From positions 3,623,957 to 3,687,956 of the forward strand of contig CAVNZM010000016.1 in the NCBI GenBank assembly GCA_963693365.1: a stretch of 64,000 bases of DNA. The letters run 5' to 3'. The notes beneath the pieces were generated by a model. The model saw nothing but the letters and a program-made list of their open reading frames with translations, made no database searches and had not been told where the DNA came from. Shown here one piece after another: positions 17,867 through 32,743 of this stretch (its first letter is position 1; each line of letters begins with the position of its first letter). Source of the DNA: Amoebidium appalachense. Lineage: Eukaryota; Protista; Ichthyosporea. A program made the translations under genes and the position numbers.

Positions 17867-19516
17867 TTATGGAAGCGAGTACCCGTTAGCGTCCACTCGC
17901 AGCACCTGTACCTGTCGTTGTCCTTCGTTTTGGTACGTCCTTGCCTTTGTGAGCACATACCCATCATTAACTCCAAGCATAGAGTTCTGCACCACCGCAC
18001 GTGCACCATCAACAGGCGTATTCTCCATGCTGCTGCTGGGTGGTGGACGATACGGAACAGGAACAACCGGCGGTTTACCAGAAGGAGAAACTTTAACATT
18101 AATCGGGTGTGTGGGTTGTTGTGTGTCTGTTCTCATTTCCACATATCGGGTAGTTGGTGGTTGTTGCTGTGTGACGGCCTGAGAAACAGAGTTTGCACCC
18201 GGCTGACTGTAGTAATGCTGCACTAGGTCAATGTCTTCATAGTAAGATTCGGAGGCGGGGACGGGTGGAAGAGGGCGGAATGCGTGGTTTGAGTTCACCA
18301 GAACAGGTTCGTCGTAGTAGTGACTGGCTTTGCTGCCCTGGGTGGTTGAAGAAACGACGGAGGCGGTGTTGGTTGGATACTGTGATGTTTGAGAGAGCGA
18401 GAGGGAGAGCGAGTTTTGGACGTGTAGCTGTGATGTGCTCTTGTGTTCTTGATTTTCTACAGACACGGACGCAAAAGGCGTAGATGAACTTATGTTTCGT
18501 TTTGTAGATAATGTGTCTCCGATGCCCCCCGGTTTGGAGAAATCGCTTGGCGTAAAAGTAGGAAGGACCGGGGGTTGGTATTTGCCCTTGCTTGTGGTTT
18601 GGTTACGTTTCCTTCGTTTCTCAACGCAGTAATAGAGCCCGATACCGAAAACAACAGTAAGGAGAGCAACACCCCCAGCTGCAATTCCTATGATGGCTCC
18701 CAAGGAAAGCGTAACGCCTGCAACGTCCACCACTACCGATGGGTTGGTTGTTGGTGTTTTGGTTGGGATATAGGTGAAGGTGCTTGTAAACGAACTGATG
18801 GAGGTGATGGGAACGGGTGAGTTGATGTTGGTTTTGCTTGATGTGGGGACAGGCGTGCTGCTTGGTCGGGGTGTGGTTGTGGGTGTGGGTGTGGGTGTGG
18901 GTGTAGGCGTGGTGGTGGGTGTGGGTGTGGGTGTGGGCGTGGGTGTGTTGCTTGTAAGTGTTGTGGTGCTTGGCTGCGTGCTTGATTCTACTGATGTGCT
19001 TGTTGTAGTAGACGTTGTGCTTGTAGTAGAGATGGTTGAAAGATCAGATGTTTCGCTAGATGAGGCTGTCGTGGTGGCTACATCACTCGTCACCACGGTT
19101 GTGGAGGACATGGGCATAAACGTGCCTTTTTGCATCTCCGGATCCTTGATCCATACCAGCTGGGATGCACCCGTCAGGGGCTCCTTGTATTCGAAGCATT
19201 GATTGACCTTATATTCGAACGGTTGGGGAATAAGCTGTGTTGTGCATGTGCTGTCCAGAAACACGGCGGCGGAGATTCTGTCTGTGGAGTTGGTTCGGAA
19301 ATACTTGAAGTAGCCAAACGATGTGCCATCCACAGGGTCACACTTGTCGTATGTCTTTTCGTAGCAATCACCTTTGTCGGTGCAGTTGGGAACATTATGA
19401 TAGCATACCGTCAAGCCTGCAGCAAAACTAGAGTGAACTGTGAGGGAGAGAAGGAAGAGGAGGAAAGCTAGATGAGGAAGTCTTAGATCAGGTTGATTTC
19501 TTGTGTTGGAATGCAT
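17867..19516 (-). CDS. Type I membrane protein: signal peptide, Cys-rich ectodomain, Thr/Ser/Pro mucin stalk, one TM helix, Tyr-motif-rich cytoplasmic tail
   Basis: Uninterrupted ORF, first ATG at 19516, about 549 aa. Hydrophobic leader LAFLLFLLSLTVHSSFA; six-Cys domain; (TP)n stalk; TM LGAIIGIAAGGVALLTVVFGIGLYYCV followed by KRRKR; tail with YYDEP, RPLPPVP, YYEDI, YYSQP, YVEM, YQNE and YSLP. Confidence 0.85.
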   Translation of the reverse strand: MHSNTRNQPDLRLPHLAFLLFLLSLTVHSSFAAGLTVCYHNVPNCTDKGDCYEKTYDKCDPVDGTSFGYFKYFRTNSTDRISAAVFLDSTCTTQLIPQPFEYKVNQCFEYKEPLTGASQLVWIKDPEMQKGTFMPMSSTTVVTSDVATTTASSSETSDLSTISTTSTTSTTTSTSVESSTQPSTTTLTSNTPTPTPTPTPTTTPTPTPTPTPTTTPRPSSTPVPTSSKTNINSPVPITSISSFTSTFTYIPTKTPTTNPSVVVDVAGVTLSLGAIIGIAAGGVALLTVVFGIGLYYCVEKRRKRNQTTSKGKYQPPVLPTFTPSDFSKPGGIGDTLSTKRNISSSTPFASVSVENQEHKSTSQLHVQNSLSLSLSQTSQYPTNTASVVSSTTQGSKASHYYDEPVLVNSNHAFRPLPPVPASESYYEDIDLVQHYYSQPGANSVSQAVTQQQPPTTRYVEMRTDTQQPTHPINVKVSPSGKPPVVPVPYRPPPSSSMENTPVDGARAVVQNSMLGVNDGYVLTKARTYQNEGQRQVQVLRVDANGYSLP

Positions 19517-20441
19517 TTCTGTTGTGTTACTGGGAAGAACCCAGCATGGCACCACCTGCTAATATGCCTAATAGCAAACAAGAACAGGAGAAAAAAAAAC
19601 GGGGAAAACAGAGGATGCTCACATGCAACCCTCATCCGCCGACCAAATTTTCAGTCGATTGGTCTAAATCGCTAACGAGGGGAGAGTTCGTCATCTGCAC
19701 GCGTTGTGGCAGAAACATCAGAAACACCTATTCATAACCAGCTTTCACGTATAACATAAAGGAAAGAAGAAGTAATAGTAATAGAATGTTTAATATACTT
19801 TCACTTTCTCTTTCTTGTTCTGTTGACGGGGTGACTGAAACTGAAACGTAAACTTTGGGAACGTGAAGACAGGCTGAAACTTCTGGCATGCCACAGCTAA
19901 TATCATTGTACCCAAATGATAAGATAGTCTACAAATACATTCTAAATTATAGTCTTATAAGCAGTTTGATGTGATTTGGCATATGTGCTATGACCTTTGC
20001 ATTGGAAGACTAATGATAAAATGATTGCGTAATCCGTCGGAAATTCCTTCGTCCTCCTTCAGCCAATCATCTCTAGGTGCAAGATGGCGGAGCCGTGGAC
20101 TGTCATATGACTGTCATATGATCTTCAAAATGTTTCTCTTCAAAATGTTTCATTCATATTTTTTCCTACTGAAATATAGGCCTCTGGCCTTCCTATCGAT
20201 GGGAGATATATATTTTCCCTTCTTCTTATATATACATTCGTATATACCAGAGGTACCGATGGCCTTTGGGCAGGCCCCATTGGTGTGGTAAAGAATGAGA
20301 GTCGCACACATCGATTCAGTCGCACACATCGATTCAAATGTCGCTCTTTATTATCTGCTAATAAATAGTATCCTTCGCGCATCCACCCCTAAACCAGGCC
20401 ATCCGTGGCCCTAAGGGCCGGGGAACACCCCCATCCATGTC

Positions 20442-21626
20442 ATGGCACATGCCTATAATCGTTTCAGAACCTCTTTCAAAGTTCCATCTACACCCATCAC
20501 ACATGTGCGACCATTAAAACGTCCAGCAGATACACCTACCACAGATGCACAACCAGAAAAACATCGCCTTAGACTAAGCGCAACACCTATTTACAATACA
20601 CTACCCATTCAGAATAACACCACACCACTCCGTAGAAACACAATAACAACCATGCCGAAACTTTCGGTTGATACAGTACTGGCAGAACTTGCCCTCGTTA
20701 AGAAACAGCTAAATGAGCTGTTACCACTCAAGAACATGATAGAAAAACTCCAAACAGAAAATACCCAACTCAAGCTCACCATTGATTCACTCACAGCCCA
20801 GCTAAACATTAGTGGATCGCAAAACCCCAAAACTCATGAGCAAACATCTCGCGACGGAGACATTTCCACCCCAACACAAAACAACACAGGACCGGAAGCA
20901 CAGCTCCCGGCAGAGTTCCTAGAATATGCGAACTCTCGTAAAACACCCGAGCTCCGCCAAATTGCCAAGGAAACATATGCCAGCATTCTTGCAGGCAACG
21001 AGTACCGCCGCAACTCCCCTCCCAAACCGCCGGCTAAGGGGAACACCCAAGCAAACGGTAACATCAACATCCCACCCAAATACGAGAGGGTGTATTTCAA
21101 AGTCAAGCACGGCAGACGCCCACACAGGGCCATGTGGTCCATCTTCAAGGCTCTCGGCTTCCGGTGCTCTCGCATCCTTTGTCTGTCCTTCATTGGATAC
21201 GATGTGCTGGAAGTAGCAGTACGGGGCGACTATAACCGTGCGTTCATCCGTGACGCGACAAAGGGGTGTGGAAGCTTCTTCACCCACCTCCCAAGCTACG
21301 ACCCATGCGCGCCGGAAAACATTCAGAAAGCAGACAAAGAACGTAAAGTGTCTGCTAAGAATGCGTGCGCCACACGATGTCGTGTACGCATCAGCAAGGC
21401 AAAAGAGTTCCTCGCAAAGTTGGAAAACGATGCTACGAGCGTGATAGACACGGACACGAAGGAACCAATGTTTTCTGGTGAGAAACTGCTCGAGCGCAAA
21501 CGCCGATGCGAGATGGAAATCGAGCTCTTCTGCGAACTGTTCGCGCTGGCGGAAGGTCGTGCATACGACCCCGTAAGCGACAAGTGGGAACCAACCCCAC
21601 AGGTGTCGGACCAAACCGATGCCTAA
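20442..21626 (+). CDS. LINE ORF1 protein (coiled coil plus putative nucleic-acid-binding domain)
   Basis: 394-aa ORF directly upstream of ORF2, overlapping it by 8 nt. Heptad segment LAELALVKKQLNELLPLKNMIEKLQTENTQLKLTIDSLTAQL; C-terminal block RVYF..LGFRCSRILCLSFIG.DVLEV....Y...F....L..YDP. Confidence 0.8.
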   Translation: MAHAYNRFRTSFKVPSTPITHVRPLKRPADTPTTDAQPEKHRLRLSATPIYNTLPIQNNTTPLRRNTITTMPKLSVDTVLAELALVKKQLNELLPLKNMIEKLQTENTQLKLTIDSLTAQLNISGSQNPKTHEQTSRDGDISTPTQNNTGPEAQLPAEFLEYANSRKTPELRQIAKETYASILAGNEYRRNSPPKPPAKGNTQANGNINIPPKYERVYFKVKHGRRPHRAMWSIFKALGFRCSRILCLSFIGYDVLEVAVRGDYNRAFIRDATKGCGSFFTHLPSYDPCAPENIQKADKERKVSAKNACATRCRVRISKAKEFLAKLENDATSVIDTDTKEPMFSGEKLLERKRRCEMEIELFCELFALAEGRAYDPVSDKWEPTPQVSDQTDA

Positions 21627-24600
21627 TTTATCCTTCTTCTTCTGGAATGCTCGGACACTGGGCCCCCAAAAGGGCCTCCCCCCCGGGACACTCGACGATA
21701 AAATCAGCTACATACAACAACAGACAAACAACCACACGTTTACAGTGATTTGCGAAACACAGTTTAAAAACCACCACAAATTCAACTCTACATTGGTCGA
21801 CACATCCACACACCCCGGTTACGCGAAAAACCGAGGCATTATTGTACTTGCCGCACCACACGTGAGAGTGAAGTGCAAACCGGTAGCAAAAACGGAATTC
21901 TCGGTTTCTATAGAGTTTCTTTCTAATGTTTTTACTTTTGTATATTACCCACCATCTATGTCGGTTGTCGAATTGACTCACGAGTTGTCACAGTTACCAA
22001 TGTCCACTGTTATTTTAGGTGATTTTAACACGCGACTCCACCACACAGACACACTGCAAGTGAGTGTCGGGTACCCATCTAAGCCCCCGGAGCGTGCTAT
22101 CCCTTTAGCAAGGTATGTCCAAAGTCACACTTTGCGGTTCCCTCAAATATCCCATGCCCACAACACCGACTGGGGAGTGGCCTTTTGGCCATCAACCATG
22201 TCAAAACTCTCTCTCCCTCCTAACCTCTCTAGGTCATCTGACCACTCTCCTATCCTTTTCCTACCTAAGATCTCCCTTGATCTGCTCCCCCCTCCCCCTC
22301 CCACCTTTCGCCTCCGTCTATCCCAGCTTAAGTCACAGTGGGGTAGAGTTGATGTATGTGTATGCTATGCTACGAAACACCCTATATATATGCGCCTATT
22401 AGAATCTGCACAAGCCAGGCCAGATTCACATCTCGTACTAGATACATGCACTAACTTTATTGTTGATGATTTGATAGATCTCGGTGATTATGCTGGCGGT
22501 GGTAGGAAGGAATATCCCGATGCTCTCTTGTTACCAAACACCACTCCCGCTAGACTAGGTGAACCCCTGTCTCAAAAGGAAAGCTTGCGCCGGCTTGCTA
22601 GTATGAATCGATTTGGCCCCCCTGCTCGTATTATTGGTGATACCACTGGAGACCCCCTCATAGACTCTGATAAGTATTTCTCGGAACTGTTTAAAGATAG
22701 GACCCCCGCTCAGAAACCTATTGTGTGGCCTGTAGACCCATCTATCCCCATAGAATCGATCCTCCCCTTTTTCAGTCCCGATGCCATATGGTCTGTGATA
22801 TCTAGTTATAGCTCTAGTAAGTCTTGTGGACCTGATGGACTCCCTGCTGGGTTTCTTAAAATCCTTGTTCCCTCCTACCCACAAAAGGAAAGTGATCGTG
22901 CTATTAAACCTGATCTTACTATCATGTTAAGCTCTCTCTTTTCTTGGTGTGTTAAATGTGGACATGTCCCGTCATCTTGGTTAGATACCTTAGTGATCCC
23001 CATAGTTAAGAAGGACTCTGAGGGCCCCATATCATCCTTTCGCCCCATTACACTAACCCAGGTTGTTCGTAGATTCTTTGAAGCTTGCTTACTTAGGTTA
23101 TTTGCACATCACCCTAGGTTTCAATCTATTCTTCACATACACCCATGCCAATCCGCTTTTCGTAAAAACAATTCATGTTATGTTCAAATAATGGCACTGC
23201 ACGATTCTATGCAAGTTGGTGCACAATATGTTGGCTTTATTGATTGGAAAACTGCTTACGATTCTGTCTCCCCTGGTCTCCTATGGGAAAAGCTTGCTGC
23301 ACGGGGTGTACCACACTGCATTGGTGTTCTGTTAGAAGCACTCTTGTCTCAAACCTATGGTAGAGCTGTGGTTAATGGGCATCTTTCATATGGTTTTGCT
23401 CGTACTAGAGGTCTCTTGCAGGGTTCATTGCTTAGCCCCTTTTTGTTTAACCTATTTATAGATGATTTGGCTGTCAAGATTTACGCCGAAAACGATGACC
23501 CTATTAATAACTTTCCGCCTGCACTTCTCTATGCTGATGATCTGTCCCTCCTTGCCCGTACCCCTAGACGCCTGCAAAGATTGTTCGATGTAGTGTCAGA
23601 GTGGTGCAAGGCAAACCTTATGATCCTTAACATAGACAAATGTGGTGTTCTTGTACCTGATATAGCTAACAATTTACACACATTTACATTATCATCTAAA
23701 CCTGTACCTATAGTTCCAGAATACAAATATCTTGGTGTTCCGGTTGATTCTGTTGGTGTTATGTTTCCCCATATGGTCGAAAAGAGGGTAGAGTTGGCTC
23801 GTAAGCGGTTAGCTTTCTTCTCGGCTAATATTTTTAAAGACACACCCCTCCATCCTTCTATTAGACTTACATTTATTCGCACTTTTGTCTTCCCGGCATG
23901 TGAATATGGTTTACCCCTTCTCGCCGCTTGGATCAAGAAAGAGAGAACTAGAGCGCTTAAACCCTTGGCAAATTTCCTTGAAGCAGAAGTTGCCTCCTTT
24001 CTATCTAACAACTGTTGTAAACCTGGGCCTGTAACGCTCTCGATATATGGTCTGGTCCCAATAGCTGCTAGAGTATCCTATCTCGCGCTGAAATTCAATA
24101 AGCACATAAGCCGCTTAAAGAAGTATTTGCCCTCCCACCCTCTCTTCTCTATCCGACCTGTCCCCTCCTCACCTCTCCCCTCTTTCCTCCCCTCTCTCTC
24201 CCCTTCTCCCCTGGGCACAAATACAAATAAACCCCGCAATAGTGTGTGTGTGACTTTGGACTGCCACTTACTTATTAAACATGTACACAATCACAAGATA
24301 ATCACGCAATATAACAAATGGAAAAAGATACCACACGACACTAGACCCGATGAAAGCATACACCTTGAAAAACTAAGCCTTATGTCTCGTTTTATATATA
24401 CTGACCGCCTCAACCATATTGCCAAATATGGCACTCGCAAGTGTATAACACCTAAATACATATTACCTTCCTGTAGAACTGGTCTTTCTCTAGCTGATGG
24501 TATTATTGATCAATTACCACGCTTTTACTGTACACGTGCTATACAGTGGAGATCTAATAAGTATAAGGTGGCATCATTTGCATGCCCAAACAACACACAC

Positions 24601-24813
24601 ACACACCAGTTTAACCGGTCATGTATCGCCAAATGTAGTTTGATAGACCACATAATACCGCAACACACACACGTCACATTCACAACAGACACCCAGAAAG
24701 ATAGCCTACCTGTAAATTACAACATCCTTGATTTTATACTAAACACGCGTAACTACGACCTGTTTATTAGATGTATTGATTGGCTTGAGAAACACATCAC
24801 TACAAAATTATAG
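21619..24813 (+). CDS. LINE ORF2: AP endonuclease plus reverse transcriptase
   Basis: 1064 aa. APE motifs WNAR, ICET, YYPP, ILGDFN and SDH. RT motifs KSCGPDG, FRPITL, QSAFR, IDWKTAYDSV, GLLQGSLLSPFLFNLFIDDL, LYADD and YKYLG. Cys/His-containing C-terminus. Confidence 0.97.
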   Translation: MPNLSFFFWNARTLGPQKGLPPGTLDDKISYIQQQTNNHTFTVICETQFKNHHKFNSTLVDTSTHPGYAKNRGIIVLAAPHVRVKCKPVAKTEFSVSIEFLSNVFTFVYYPPSMSVVELTHELSQLPMSTVILGDFNTRLHHTDTLQVSVGYPSKPPERAIPLARYVQSHTLRFPQISHAHNTDWGVAFWPSTMSKLSLPPNLSRSSDHSPILFLPKISLDLLPPPPPTFRLRLSQLKSQWGRVDVCVCYATKHPIYMRLLESAQARPDSHLVLDTCTNFIVDDLIDLGDYAGGGRKEYPDALLLPNTTPARLGEPLSQKESLRRLASMNRFGPPARIIGDTTGDPLIDSDKYFSELFKDRTPAQKPIVWPVDPSIPIESILPFFSPDAIWSVISSYSSSKSCGPDGLPAGFLKILVPSYPQKESDRAIKPDLTIMLSSLFSWCVKCGHVPSSWLDTLVIPIVKKDSEGPISSFRPITLTQVVRRFFEACLLRLFAHHPRFQSILHIHPCQSAFRKNNSCYVQIMALHDSMQVGAQYVGFIDWKTAYDSVSPGLLWEKLAARGVPHCIGVLLEALLSQTYGRAVVNGHLSYGFARTRGLLQGSLLSPFLFNLFIDDLAVKIYAENDDPINNFPPALLYADDLSLLARTPRRLQRLFDVVSEWCKANLMILNIDKCGVLVPDIANNLHTFTLSSKPVPIVPEYKYLGVPVDSVGVMFPHMVEKRVELARKRLAFFSANIFKDTPLHPSIRLTFIRTFVFPACEYGLPLLAAWIKKERTRALKPLANFLEAEVASFLSNNCCKPGPVTLSIYGLVPIAARVSYLALKFNKHISRLKKYLPSHPLFSIRPVPSSPLPSFLPSLSPSPLGTNTNKPRNSVCVTLDCHLLIKHVHNHKIITQYNKWKKIPHDTRPDESIHLEKLSLMSRFIYTDRLNHIAKYGTRKCITPKYILPSCRTGLSLADGIIDQLPRFYCTRAIQWRSNKYKVASFACPNNTHTHQFNRSCIAKCSLIDHIIPQHTHVTFTTDTQKDSLPVNYNILDFILNTRNYDLFIRCIDWLEKHITTKL

Positions 24814-24833
24814 CGCACGCGCACACACACACA

Positions 24834-24888
<55 letters not shown>

Positions 24889-24920
24889 CCAGCTGATACC
24901 GAGTGTCCCGAGGGGAGCCC

Positions 24921-24960
<40 letters not shown>

Positions 24961-25565
24961 GGGGAACCCCAACTAATTGATTTCTCCTTGTAGTCTTTAT
25001 GGTGTCTCGTAGAGAAAGTAAACCCTGATATATAGTCACCACCCGACATCTATGTACGTGATCATGATATACCGCTGAGGGGATATTCCGAGCAAAAACC
25101 CCCCCCCCCATACCTGAGACTGGTTCTCTTTGCCTCGAGTAAACAGCGTAAACCCCTTTTACACATACCCTTTTTGGTTATCGAAAGAGCTATTTCATTG
25201 GCAAGCATATCCATCGGGTGGTCCTCACAGAAGATCTCAGGTTGCGCAAGTTTAACGCAAATATGGTCACCCGCCAGACCACACGGCCAGCGGGCGGACT
25301 CAGTAGACGAGTGTTGGTGTGTGTGTGTGGATGTTTAGATGTGTTCGTGTTAGCCTGAACGAACAAGGACAAACACAGCTCCTAGCAGCGCACATCTGTA
25401 GGTCTATCGGCCAAGATTAGCCATAGCAGGACTGTCTACCTATACAAACCCCACTGTTCAACCAGCGCCCATACTATTGGGGGCTTGCAAATAATCCGTG
25501 CGAAGAGCACATCCGATTCTAGGTTTCCTTTTCTTATTTAGGAGCAAGCTAACATCAAATACAAC

Positions 25566-30237
<4,672 letters not shown>

Positions 30238-30301
30238 GTGGCCGTGTGTGCTGCGCCATATGCCATCATTTCCGTTTTGCTTTTTTCCCTTTCTTTTATT
30301 T

Positions 30302-30332
<31 letters not shown>

Positions 30333-30767
30333 TTTTTTTTGTGGGGGGGGGGGGGGGGGGGGGTTTGCTCAGTTTCCCATTATTTCCGTTTTATTTTTCT
30401 TCCTTTCTGTTATTGTTCCTCTTTCTTTGGTTCTGTCTTTATCCGGGCGGGGAGTTGTTTGTTTTTTGCTCAGGTAGTGCTTCTTTTTCGTTTTACTTTA
30501 CTTGCACACACACATCCCTCTTTGGTTCCCTTTTTCGTCCCTTCCATTCCCCTTGGTTTTTCGTTTAGCCCGAATTGGTCATTTCCATATTAGGTTTTGT
30601 GCTTTGACATGCGTTCTCAGACTTCATGTTTTTCGTTTATTCCTATTGATCAGCTATCGAAACGAGTGTACTTTATATGGGTGCCGGTGTTTTCCCAAAT
30701 TATGATGTTGTTTTTTGGCCCCTGACCTGCTGGTTGGGTCTGGGGACATCATAAATTCCACCCGACC

Positions 30768-30798
<31 letters not shown>

Positions 30799-31017
30799 AA
30801 AAAAAAAAAAAAAACTGCAGACAAGAACAGCAACCGTCCCTCTTTTCGAATCCCACATGCACGTGCGTGCACACCACCACGTTGACCGTGATGGTGCACC
30901 ACATCCTTCCCCACACACACGTACATATAAGTGCTTGCACACGCACAAATTTATGAGCACACACACACAAACATACATACACACACACACACACGAACGT
31001 GCACACACACATATATA

Positions 31018-31285
31018 GGGGGGTTTACGCTGTTTACTCGAGGCAAAGAGAGACCAGTCTCAGGAGTATGGGGGGGTTTTGCTCGGAATATCCCCTCAGC
31101 GGTATATCATGATCACGTACATAGATGTCGGGTGATGACTATATATCAGGGTTTACTTTCTCTACGAGACACCATAAAGACTAAGAAAAATCAATTAGTT
31201 GGGGTTCCCCGTTTTTTTTGTTTTTTTTTTCTTTTTTTTTTTTGTTTTTTTTTAGGGCTCCCCTGGGACACTCGGTATCAGCTGG

Positions 31286-31326
<41 letters not shown>

Positions 31327-31614
31327 TGTGTGCGTGCGTGCGTGCGTGCGCTAGAATTTTGTAGTGATGTGTTTCTCAAGCCAATCAATACATCTAATAT
31401 ACAGGTCGTAGTTACGTGTGTTTAGTATAAAATCAAAGATGTTGTAATTTACAGGTAGCTATCTTTCTGGGTGTCTGTTGTGAATGTGACGTGTGTGTGT
31501 TGCGGTATTATGTGGTCTATCAAACTACATTTGGCGATACACGACCGTTTAAACTGGTGTGTGTGTGTTGTTTGGTCATGCAAACGATTCCACCTTATAC
31601 TTATTTCCACATAT
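31018..31614 (-). mobile_element. 5'-truncated copy of the LINE (ORF2 end plus 3' UTR) with target-site duplication
   Basis: The reverse complement matches 24556-25156 with scattered substitutions and indels. Flanked by ACACATATATA at 31007-31017 and 31615-31625, with about 9 extra nt at the truncation junction. Confidence 0.92.
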
Positions 31615-31711
31615 ACACATATATAGTATGTAGGGACTGTGCACACACGCACGCATGTATAGATGTACATGCCCGGGGACACACACACACACACACACAT
31701 GTACATGCCCG

Positions 31712-31764
<53 letters not shown>

Positions 31765-32743
31765 GTTAGTGATAACTGTACATGTATCATACAGGTATTT
31801 GTTTGCCAAGTTCGGAATGTCTAATATAAATGCCCTCTCTATGTAAAGCTAGGTCAATGCCATGACATTGCTCTTTATAATCTTCAGATGTTTAGATGGT
31901 TTCAAATATTTAAATTGGATTGTGTGCACAAAGGCCGGCACATGTGCACCAGCACTGCTTGCAACATGTTCCTTGAAAATTGTAGAAGTTGCACTGCCAC
32001 TAAGTTACCATCGATAGGGAGGGAGGGAGAGCCTTACAGAGAGAGACAGCCTGGTGACAAAGACTGAGAGAGAAGGTGAGCCAGAGAGAGCGAAGGAGGG
32101 TGAAAGGAAGAAGATAAAAAATAAAAGATCGGAACACACACGCGAGCTCATGTGTGCATACGTTCGTGCATGCACACACACACACACTCACACGTGTACG
32201 ATACGTATACACGCACCCACACATTCAATTGCGAGGCACACACGCATATGCAGGCACGGAGGCAAGCCTTGCACGCAGGCACACACACACACACATTGGT
32301 TCAACCACACCCACAATCCCCACCTTTACTAGTAACACAGCGCTTCACGCACGTCCACACCGGCACAAACACGCCTACACAGAGCCAGAGATCTCTACCG
32401 TGTTATAGAAGGACGAGGCCTAGTACATCCATGCTTTAGCAGTTTGCTACTGGCTAATGAGTGCATTCCAGGCCCGGCCTCAAATAAAAGGTATGAAAGC
32501 TTCGTGTTTATCTCCGCAAATGAAAAATGCACGGACAATCATTACTAATGATACAAGTTCAATCGGGTACCACCTTAATAATAATTATAACATGGAGTGC
32601 ATTTTTCATTTGCGGAGATAAACATGTCATTCCCAGATTGAGTGCATTCACACAATCATTCACATCCTCTTTGTTCCTGCCAATCCAGTCACCAATAAAG
32701 CCTCTACATACTTTCGAAACCTTCAAAACATGTCATCTATTGT

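Larger units (their letters stand above)
20080..25156 (+). mobile_element. Apparently intact non-LTR retrotransposon (LINE, APE-RT type)
   Basis: Two long overlapping ORFs without stops. The 3' end (...cagcgtaaacccc, 25156) is defined by alignment with the second copy at 31018. The 5' boundary is uncertain and is placed at a YY1-like CAAGATGGCG motif; no TSD was found for this copy. Confidence 0.9.
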
